64,000 nt of DNA from Paracoccaceae bacterium (GTDB lineage Bacteria; Pseudomonadota; Alphaproteobacteria; Rhodobacterales; Rhodobacteraceae): assembly GCA_029248915.1 (NCBI GenBank), contig JAQWIK010000109.1, positions 10,563 to 74,562 on the forward strand, in the 5' to 3' direction. The notes below the pieces were generated by a model that searched no databases, was not told the origin of the DNA, and worked only from the letters and a program-made list of their open reading frames with translations. Of this stretch, positions 51,704 to 59,158 are shown piece after piece (positions within the stretch are counted from its first letter, which is position 1; the number at the start of each line of letters is the position of its first letter). A program made the position numbers and the translations under genes.

Positions 51704-52405
51704 CTAACTGATACGCGTCGTATAGCGTGCAATATTTGTATCGATCCAACTTCGTGAAAACTCTACAGGAGCTCCAACCTGATCGTATGCTAAACGTTCT
51801 ATGCAAACTGTTTCCTGACAATTCATTACTTTAAATTCCTTAGGAGACCAAACAGGCACTGGAAGTAAGGTAGCGCTGTCTTTAGCTGAAGTAATACGCA
51901 AATTAAGAATATCTTTATAAAAGAGATAAATAGACTGTGAAATATTATTAAATTTAAGGCCATCAGTTTTAATCGAGTCTAAGTAAATTTCTTCCAACAC
52001 GCAGGGTAGATTATCTAAGAAACGCAATCGCCTAATCCTCAGGCATTCATCTGATTCTCCAAAAAATGGTGAGGATTTTGGTTTTTTAACTAAATTGATG
52101 TCTAAATTTTTAGCTGAAGGCAAACCTCCGCCATCGATAAGCTCAACTCTAAAAAACGAGTAAATGGAATTAAATTTTGTATTAAATTTTATGTAATTAC
52201 CAGAACCGTGCCTTCGAAATAAAGCACCTTTTTTTTCAAGGTCTTTTAATGATTTGCGCAGTGTTCCAACAGAAATGTTGAGAGATTTGGCCAATTGTCT
52301 TTCAGGCAGAAGACGTTCACCATCAGATAACCGACCTGCTATTATTTCTCTCATAAGCATTTCACTAATTTGGATATAAACTGGTAAAGAAGTAGCTTCC
52401 GACAT
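51704..52405 (-). CDS. GntR family transcriptional regulator, HutC subfamily (UTRA effector domain)
   Basis: I chose ATG 52405 (MSEATSLPVYIQISEMLMREI...). Winged helix LPERQLAKSLNISVGTLRKSLKDLEKKGALFRRHGSGNYI plus an about 150-aa UTRA-like C-terminal domain. Confidence 0.85.
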   Translation of the reverse strand: MSEATSLPVYIQISEMLMREIIAGRLSDGERLLPERQLAKSLNISVGTLRKSLKDLEKKGALFRRHGSGNYIKFNTKFNSIYSFFRVELIDGGGLPSAKNLDINLVKKPKSSPFFGESDECLRIRRLRFLDNLPCVLEEIYLDSIKTDGLKFNNISQSIYLFYKDILNLRITSAKDSATLLPVPVWSPKEFKVMNCQETVCIERLAYDQVGAPVEFSRSWIDTNIARYTTRIS

Positions 52406-52494
52406 GCTTCCAAAATGTAAGTAATTTAAAAATTGATACACTATTGATTTACATATGTTGTAATGTTACGCAAGACTTAACATTAGGGGGGGCT

Positions 52495-53649
52495 ATGACC
52501 GTCGTACCAATAACATCTTATGAATTGAAGGCTGCAGAGATTTCTTGGTTCTCAGCTTTATGCTCTGACGATTATCAATTCTTGGGAGTTCCAGATGGAA
52601 ACCTTCGAAGTTCATGGGACCATTGTAGTCAAATAGTGAAAGAAGCGGAAAACTATGGATTTCGAAATATCCTTTGCCCGTCTTCTTATCAAGTTGGACA
52701 AGACACATTGAGCTTTGTGGCTGGTTGCGCTCCAATAACGGAAAAAATTAATATGCTCGCTGCAGTAAGGTGCGGTGAAATGCAACCCATTATGCTCGCC
52801 CGAACTATCGCCACTTTAGATCACATGCTAAAAGGTCGACTTACTATTAATATCATTAGTTCCGATTTTCCTGGGGAAACCGCTGAGAGTGGATATCGAT
52901 ATAAACGTTCACGGGAAGTAGTTGAAATTTTAAAACAAGCATGGACACAAGATGAGATCAACTATGAAGGTGAGACATACAAATTTTCAGGTCTTACAAC
53001 TGATCCTTCAAAGCCTTTTCAAATTGGAGGACCGCTACTTTATTTCGGTGGCTATTCTCCACCAGCTCTTGAACTATGTGGACAACATTGTGATGTATAT
53101 CTCATGTGGCCTGAACCAAAAGAACAAATAATTAGCCGAATGAAATCTGTAAATGAAGTAGCTGAAAAATATAATAGAACCCTCGATTATGGTTTGAGAG
53201 TTCATATGATTGTTAGAGATTCCGAAATAGAGGCCAAAGAATATGCTGAGTACATAGTGTCAAAGCTAGAGGATGACTTTGGGAAGAAAATTAGAGAGCG
53301 GGCGCAGGACAGCTCTTCCTTGGGAGTATCGCACCAAACAAAAAATAGAAAAATGGCGGATGAATTCGGTTACGTCGAACCTAATCTTTGGACAGGAGTG
53401 GGTAGAGCAAGATCTGGATGTGGCGCTGCTATTGTTGGATCAACTGATCAAGTGATGAGTGAATTGGAACAATATCAGAAATTAGGAATTCGTTCTTTTA
53501 TCCTATCTGGGTACCCCCACCTTGAAGAATGTAAACATTTTGGCTCAAAGGTCTTGCCAAATATAAAAACTTGTTCTTTACCACATGAGTACGGACGAGT
53601 TCCCAACAATACACCTTCAACTCCACTTGGGATAGGGGAGCGTCACTAA
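52495..53649 (+). CDS. SsuD-family (alkanesulfonate-monooxygenase-like) FMNH2-dependent LLM monooxygenase
   Basis: I chose ATG 52495, preceded by a G-rich SD. Blocks LLYFGGYS, DVYLMWPEP, LRVHMIVRDSE, EPNLWTGVG, GAAIVGSTDQV and FILSGYPHLEE line up with E. coli SsuD as I recall it (PLYFGGSS, DLYLTWGEP, IRLHVIVRET, SPNLWAGVG, GTALVGDGPTV, FVLSGYPHLEE). Confidence 0.85.
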   Translation: MTVVPITSYELKAAEISWFSALCSDDYQFLGVPDGNLRSSWDHCSQIVKEAENYGFRNILCPSSYQVGQDTLSFVAGCAPITEKINMLAAVRCGEMQPIMLARTIATLDHMLKGRLTINIISSDFPGETAESGYRYKRSREVVEILKQAWTQDEINYEGETYKFSGLTTDPSKPFQIGGPLLYFGGYSPPALELCGQHCDVYLMWPEPKEQIISRMKSVNEVAEKYNRTLDYGLRVHMIVRDSEIEAKEYAEYIVSKLEDDFGKKIRERAQDSSSLGVSHQTKNRKMADEFGYVEPNLWTGVGRARSGCGAAIVGSTDQVMSELEQYQKLGIRSFILSGYPHLEECKHFGSKVLPNIKTCSLPHEYGRVPNNTPSTPLGIGERH

Positions 53650-54539
53650 TGGAAAGAATTAAAATAAGTTCAACGCTTACCATGTCCCAGTTGGTTTACG
53701 GTATGTGGCGATTAGGTGATGATGAAGATACATCGCCGGACCATGTACGAAATAAAATCGAAAGTTGTTTGGACCAAGGAATAACCTCCTTTGATCAGGC
53801 CGATATTTATGGCGGCTATGAGGCTGAAGAAATTCTAGGAAATGCACTTAAAGGTTCAAGCCTACGTCAAAAAATGGAAATTGTTACCAAGTGCGATATC
53901 GTCGCTCCAGTAGGTAGGTATAAAAATGCTCGCGTTAAGTATTATGATACGTCAAGAGACCATATTTTAAATTCAGTAGAGCAATCTTTAAAGCTAATGG
54001 GTATCGACTACATTGACTTGCTTTTACTTCATAGACCTGATCCATTGATGGATCACTTTGAAACCGGTGCTGCACTTGATGAAATAATTGCTTCTGGGAA
54101 AGTAAGAAATGTGGGCGTTTCAAATTTCAAACCGTGGGATTGGAATTTATTGCAAACTGGGATGAAAAATAAACTTGTCACCAATCAAATTGAGTTAAGC
54201 GTTCTTGCTCACGACGGCTTCACAAATGGAGACGTTGCATTTCACCAAAGTAAAAATACTCCAATTATGGCGTGGTCTCCCTTAGGGGGAGGAGACATAT
54301 TTTTAAAATCTAACGAAAAGATTTTGAATCATCTGGATAGTATAGGAAAAACATTTGGCTTCGAGCCAGGGACGGTCGCCGTTGCCTGGTTGCTCGCACA
54401 CCCTGCCAATATTTTACCTGTGCTAGGAACAAACTCATTGGCCCGAATAGAGACAATTTCAAAAGCCTTAGAGGTTAAATTGGATAGACAAACTTGGTTT
54501 GAAATTTATACAGCTGCGCTTGGACGTGAAGTTGCTTAG
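53649..54539 (+). CDS. Aldo-keto reductase, YdhF-like
   Basis: 296 aa. DQADIYGGYEAEE, DLLLLHRPDPLMD and VGVSNF blocks are very like E. coli YdhF from memory. TAATG overlap with the monooxygenase gene. Confidence 0.85.
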   Translation: MERIKISSTLTMSQLVYGMWRLGDDEDTSPDHVRNKIESCLDQGITSFDQADIYGGYEAEEILGNALKGSSLRQKMEIVTKCDIVAPVGRYKNARVKYYDTSRDHILNSVEQSLKLMGIDYIDLLLLHRPDPLMDHFETGAALDEIIASGKVRNVGVSNFKPWDWNLLQTGMKNKLVTNQIELSVLAHDGFTNGDVAFHQSKNTPIMAWSPLGGGDIFLKSNEKILNHLDSIGKTFGFEPGTVAVAWLLAHPANILPVLGTNSLARIETISKALEVKLDRQTWFEIYTAALGREVA

Positions 54540-54560
54540 TGACAGCGGAATTAGATTTTA

Positions 54561-55022
54561 ATGAAAAATCAGGATGAGTTCAGATTTGCTTTAGGGAAGT
54601 ACACAACAGGGGTCACAATTGTTACCTGTAACGGTAAAAATGGCCCGATAGGAATTACAGCAAATAGCTTTTCAAGCCTGTCTTTATCACCCCCATTAGT
54701 TCTATGGTCACCGGCAAAGGCTTCCAAAAGACATGATACTTTTTTAAAAGCTGAAAAGTTTACAATTCATATTGCTGGTGAACATCAAATTGAGCTATGC
54801 AAAAGCTTTTCAAAGAGCGCTGATGGTGGAAGTGAAATGAATTGGAATTTCAATGATGAAGGTGAAGCCTTTATCAAAAATTGTTCCGCACGGTTTGAAT
54901 GCACAAAATATAGTCACTTTGACGGAGGCGACCATTCAATTATCGTGGGAGAGGTGAAAAAGTTTGAAACTACGGACAATAAACCGTTAGTATATTGGGG
55001 AGGCAATTACCAAAAACTTTAA
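54561..55022 (+). CDS. Flavin reductase (HpaC/RutF-type, NAD(P)H:flavin oxidoreductase)
   Basis: 153 aa. FRFALGKYTTGVTIVT, ITANSFSSLSLSPPLVLWS and DHSIIVGEV blocks are typical of the short flavin reductases that partner two-component monooxygenases. Confidence 0.8.
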   Translation: MKNQDEFRFALGKYTTGVTIVTCNGKNGPIGITANSFSSLSLSPPLVLWSPAKASKRHDTFLKAEKFTIHIAGEHQIELCKSFSKSADGGSEMNWNFNDEGEAFIKNCSARFECTKYSHFDGGDHSIIVGEVKKFETTDNKPLVYWGGNYQKL

Positions 55023-55124
55023 TATTTGACGAAATTCAGAAATATGAAGATAACAAAATTTTAAATAATTTTTTGTTTTTATATCACCAAACTTTTCTGT
55101 TTGACCTATTTTAGATTTTAGAGT

Positions 55125-55159
55125 TTGGTAGCGCTACCAATGGTGCAAATTTTAGCACC
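55125..55159. promoter_or_regulatory. Candidate operator: perfect 16-bp palindrome plus adjacent imperfect palindrome
   Basis: TTGGTAGCGCTACCAA (55125-55140) is a perfect palindrome. One base later comes GGTGC-aaatttta-GCACC (55142-55159). Both lie about 80-110 nt upstream of the binding-protein ATG and just upstream of TATATT (55160-55165). The TGGT...ACCA half-sites resemble HutC/GntR-type operators. Confidence 0.45.
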
Positions 55160-55237
55160 TATATTTTATAAATTAGGTCATCTAGTGACTTAGTTTTTTA
55201 GTACAACTAAAATGTTTCTACTCTCGGGAGGAAAAGA

Positions 55238-56581
55238 ATGAAACGTAATATTAAATCTTTAAGTATCGCAGCTGCTCTGTCCTTAAGTTTTGGGACCATG
55301 GGGATCGCGGGTTCTCACGATGTTTGCAATACGCCATCAAAGTTAGGTGACATGGGAAGTTTTCCTGGCGAAGTCATAACTATGCAAGGATCAATGTTAG
55401 GCACTGACCAAGAAATGTTAGAAAATACCATTAGCTGCTTTGAAAAGGCAACTGGTGCAACAGTTCAATATTCTGGGTCATGTGATTTTGCAGCCCTCGT
55501 CGTTGCAGACATGCGTTCGAATAACCCACCTAACATCGCAATTTTTCCACAACCGGGTCTTGCAGCTGACATGGCCGCGGAAGGTCACCTTATTCCAATT
55601 GGTGATGATGCAGCCTCTTGGATGGCTGATAATTACGGAGCCGGCTCTTCATGGGTCGATCTTGGAACTTATGCCGATGCCAGCGGCAATAAGAATTTCT
55701 ATGGATTTGCATACAAAATGGATCTGAAATCTTTAGTTTGGTATTCACCTGAGCAATTTGAAGATAATGGCTATGAAATTCCTTCTACAATGGAAGAACT
55801 AATTGAGCTTTCTGATCAAATGGTTGCGGATGGCAACACTCCTTGGTGCATAGGTGTGGAGTCTGGAAATGCGACTGGATGGACCGCAACAGACTGGATG
55901 GAAGACATCATGCTACGCACAACTTCAGCGGAAAACTATGATCGGTGGGTTTCAAATGACCTTGCCTTCAATAGTCCTGAAGTAATCAACGCAATGAACC
56001 TTTATGGTCAATTTTCTAGGAATGACGAGTACGTCGCCGGTGGAGCATCATCAGTAGCTACCACGTCTTTCGGTGATGCGCCGAAAGGTTTGTTTACTTC
56101 ACCACCAAGGTGTATGATGCATCGTCAAGCCTCTTTTATCACAGGTTTTTTTCCTGATAAAGGAGAAGAAGTTGCACGCGGTGAGGCAGATGCTTTCTAC
56201 TTCCCTCCATTCGCATCGGGAAATTTAGGAAATCCAGTTCTTGGCGCAGGGACCCTGTACACAATGGCTAAAGACTCGCCTGCAACTCGTGCATTCTTTA
56301 AATATTTGCAAGAAGCCTCAGCTCATGAAGCTTGGATGCAGCAAGGTGTATTCCTAACTGCGCACAAAGGCGCTGACTTATCTGCTTATGCAACACCACT
56401 TCTTAGAAAGCAGGGAGAAATCCTAGCAAATGCAACAACTTTCCGTTTTGACGCTTCTGACTTAATGCCTGGTGCAATTGGAGCAGGTGCTTTTTGGAGC
56501 GAAATGACAGCATTTGCAAACGGACAGGATGCAAAAAGAACAGCTGACAATATTCAAGCAGCATGGGACGCTATTAAGTAA
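55238..56581 (+). CDS. aglE: Sugar ABC transporter substrate-binding protein (AglE-like, alpha-glucoside type)
   Basis: 447 aa. Signal peptide, family-1 extracellular solute-binding protein, GGAGG SD. First gene of an SBP-permease-permease-GH13-ATPase array, identical in order to Sinorhizobium aglEFGAK. The symbol is given by gene order only. Confidence 0.7.
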   Translation: MKRNIKSLSIAAALSLSFGTMGIAGSHDVCNTPSKLGDMGSFPGEVITMQGSMLGTDQEMLENTISCFEKATGATVQYSGSCDFAALVVADMRSNNPPNIAIFPQPGLAADMAAEGHLIPIGDDAASWMADNYGAGSSWVDLGTYADASGNKNFYGFAYKMDLKSLVWYSPEQFEDNGYEIPSTMEELIELSDQMVADGNTPWCIGVESGNATGWTATDWMEDIMLRTTSAENYDRWVSNDLAFNSPEVINAMNLYGQFSRNDEYVAGGASSVATTSFGDAPKGLFTSPPRCMMHRQASFITGFFPDKGEEVARGEADAFYFPPFASGNLGNPVLGAGTLYTMAKDSPATRAFFKYLQEASAHEAWMQQGVFLTAHKGADLSAYATPLLRKQGEILANATTFRFDASDLMPGAIGAGAFWSEMTAFANGQDAKRTADNIQAAWDAIK

Positions 56582-56603
56582 TAATAGCTACCAAACAAGC
56601 TTT

Positions 56604-56631
56604 AAGAGCACAGGGTAAAACCTGTGCTCTT
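56604..56631 (+). terminator. Intra-operon hairpin after the binding-protein gene (attenuator or mRNA-stabilising element)
   Basis: Perfect 11-bp stem AAGAGCACAGG / CCTGTGCTCTT with a 6-nt loop. It is followed by ATTTAATTA, which is a weak U-tract, so it is probably only a partial terminator. Confidence 0.45.
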
Positions 56632-56660
56632 ATTTAATTATCACTAGGTAAACCAAATAC

Positions 56661-57914
56661 ATGCGGTCAGTACAATCGATAATATTTAGCAATAGCTTAG
56701 CTATCGTATTAACGATTGTCTGCGTGCTACCAATTACTGCTGTTTTCATTTTTTCATTAACTGCGCCAATAGATGATGCTTTCGCCAATTTTGGTCTCTG
56801 GCTCCATGATAAATACAATTGGTCTGTAGCTATTTTTGTTACTGAACTTAGATTTGCAAAAGTAGGATTTGCACTACGATCTGTGATAATAGCTTTATTT
56901 ATTTCATTCCTTTATTATTGGATCGCAAATTGGCTCAACTTTGGATTAGCAAATTTCCGATCAAGCAATTCAATCGGGAAAAGGTCAGTAATTGCAGAAG
57001 CTATTCAGCCCTGGATATTTGTAGGGCCAGCATTGATCTTACTCTTACTATTTTTGCTAATTCCTGCACTCACTACATTGAAAATTTCTTTCACAGAACC
57101 TGGTGGAACAGCTTCAGTTAGCAACTATTCATTTCTGTGGGACCAAAATGCTTTAGGTTATATGCAATTTAGGTTGGCTATGAGAAATAGTTTAATGTGG
57201 TTAATTTTAGTACCATCGCTTTGTATAGTATTTGGATTACTTATTGCCGTTTTAGCCGACTCAGTAAGGTGGGGGGTCGTCGCAAAAACATTTATTTTCG
57301 TACCCTTGGCCATCTCGTTTGTTGGAGCAGCCGTGATCTGGCGAAATATCTTGGCAGGTGGAGGTATCGAACCACAAGAAGCAATAAACGGAGTTACACC
57401 TTCCTACCAAATAGGACTACTAAAGGCACTATTAGGACATACACCCGAGTATAATGAACCACTTTATAATCTCAAATTTTGGGGCAACTTTTACCTAATG
57501 TGGATTATGGTATGGATCAAAACCGGTTTTGCGATGGTTATTTTTTCTGCTGCGTTGAGAGGGGTACCGCAAGAGACGGTCGAGGCTGCTATAATTGATG
57601 GAGCTAACCCTCGGCAGCTATTCTTTAGAATAAAGTTACCACAAATTTTTTCAACTGTGGTGGTTGTATGGACATACCTTGTAACAGACGTTTTAAAGGT
57701 ATTCGATATTCCTTACGCATTATCCGCCAATGATGACGATAAGCTTTTGCTTGCTACTATGATGGAAGCTGCAATGAATACCTGGTCTATTGGTGGTAGT
57801 AATGTGGATAATTTATTCGCGGCTATCGCGATCATGCTCATGTTAACAGTTATTCCCCACATGATTTTCCTTGGTTGGCGTATACGCCGTGAACAAAAGC
57901 AATTAGAACATTAA
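56661..57914 (+). CDS. aglF: Sugar ABC transporter permease (MalF/AglF-like) with about 110-aa N-terminal membrane extension
   Basis: 417 aa. EAA-loop region (EAAIIDGANPRQLFFRIKLP). There is no in-frame ATG/GTG/TTG between 56661 and the canonical first helix, so the extension appears to be genuinely coded. Confidence 0.75.
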   Translation: MRSVQSIIFSNSLAIVLTIVCVLPITAVFIFSLTAPIDDAFANFGLWLHDKYNWSVAIFVTELRFAKVGFALRSVIIALFISFLYYWIANWLNFGLANFRSSNSIGKRSVIAEAIQPWIFVGPALILLLLFLLIPALTTLKISFTEPGGTASVSNYSFLWDQNALGYMQFRLAMRNSLMWLILVPSLCIVFGLLIAVLADSVRWGVVAKTFIFVPLAISFVGAAVIWRNILAGGGIEPQEAINGVTPSYQIGLLKALLGHTPEYNEPLYNLKFWGNFYLMWIMVWIKTGFAMVIFSAALRGVPQETVEAAIIDGANPRQLFFRIKLPQIFSTVVVVWTYLVTDVLKVFDIPYALSANDDDKLLLATMMEAAMNTWSIGGSNVDNLFAAIAIMLMLTVIPHMIFLGWRIRREQKQLEH

Positions 57915-57928
57915 GAGGTTGTTAAAAT

Positions 57929-59155
57929 ATGTTTAATCGTTCTTTTGCTCACATTATCCTGGCATTAATTTTGGTAATATGGGTGGTTCCCTTTATCGCT
58001 CTTATAACAACATCGTTCAGATCAGAAGTTGCATCTAAAACTTCAGGTTTTTGGACAGCATTCACGCCAACTGAACTTGGGCATCGCTTTAGTACACATG
58101 ACAAAGGGCAACAATTCAAAGTCATCGAAATGCGCGGTAATATTTTTGAACGGATAAATAAGAGCGAAGAATGGTTTACGATATCTGGGGGAATAAACTC
58201 AATTATGTTTAAGGGTAGAGTGCCTGACCCCGATAAACCAGGTAAAACCAAGTTAATTCGAAAACTAGTGCCCGCAGGCGAAGTCATGGATGTTCGCGGT
58301 GGGGAATTTATTTTCCAAGCTAACGGTGATTTTATTTGGTCTTTTCCAGAAGCAACAGCACCAAAGCCAAAAAACCTTGATGTTTTTATTAATCAAGATC
58401 CAGTATTTGGAGCGGAGGCCTATTTTGAGGTCTTGTTAGATAACAAAGACGTTCCAAACGCTCTGATATCTTCCTTTATCGTGGTGGTGCCCGCAACAAT
58501 AATTCCTATTACAGTTGCTGCGTTTGCTGCATATGCTTTTTCATGGATGCAGTTTCCAGGCCGAGACTGGTTATTTATACTTGTAGTTTCACTGATGGTG
58601 GTGCCAACCCAGTTAGCTTTTTTACCAATTTTACAGGGCTTCAACGGGCTTGCAAGCTGGGCTACTGCACTTAAACAATGGACGACGGATTGCGAATTGA
58701 CAAACACATGCCAATTCCCAACTAAGTCATTCGCAGGTTTGTGGCTTACTCATACAGGCTTTGGCCTTCCTCTCGCTATCTTTCTTTTGCGCAATTACAT
58801 CGTAGGATTGCCGCGGGAATTACTTGAGAGCGCCAAAATCGACGGTGCTAATCACATGCAAATTTTTGTGAAAGTAGTTATACCACTTTCTGTACCAGCA
58901 CTCGCTTCATTCAGTATTTTCCAGTTTCTCTGGATCTGGAATGATCTATTGGTAGCTATGTTTGTTGGACCTACTGCAAATGATGATGTAGTTTTTCCAA
59001 TTTTACTAGAAAGACAATTAGGAACTTTTGGAGACCAACTTCATCTTCTGAATGCTTCCGCAGTGATTTCCATGGTAGTACCAGTGATAGTATTTCTTGC
59101 TATGCAAAAATATTTTATTAAGGGATTGCTCGCCGGATCCGTCAAGGGAGGCTGA
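57929..59155 (+). CDS. aglG: Sugar ABC transporter permease (MalG/AglG-like) with large periplasmic loop
   Basis: 408 aa. EAA loop ESAKIDGANHMQIFVKVVIP. An about 150-aa hydrophilic segment sits between the first and second helices. Confidence 0.75.
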   Translation: MFNRSFAHIILALILVIWVVPFIALITTSFRSEVASKTSGFWTAFTPTELGHRFSTHDKGQQFKVIEMRGNIFERINKSEEWFTISGGINSIMFKGRVPDPDKPGKTKLIRKLVPAGEVMDVRGGEFIFQANGDFIWSFPEATAPKPKNLDVFINQDPVFGAEAYFEVLLDNKDVPNALISSFIVVVPATIIPITVAAFAAYAFSWMQFPGRDWLFILVVSLMVVPTQLAFLPILQGFNGLASWATALKQWTTDCELTNTCQFPTKSFAGLWLTHTGFGLPLAIFLLRNYIVGLPRELLESAKIDGANHMQIFVKVVIPLSVPALASFSIFQFLWIWNDLLVAMFVGPTANDDVVFPILLERQLGTFGDQLHLLNASAVISMVVPVIVFLAMQKYFIKGLLAGSVKGG

Positions 59156-59158
59156 AAA

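Noticed and set aside
52406-52494. Possible GntR operator or promoter in the gntR / monooxygenase divergent spacer (ATTGATA and ATTGATT direct repeats 11 bp apart; GTAA-TG-TTAC mini-palindrome)
   Set aside because: These repeats are short and AT-rich, as expected by chance in this genome. None resembles the TGGTAGCGCTACCA palindrome, and I could not assemble a convincing -35/-10 pair. I left it unannotated.
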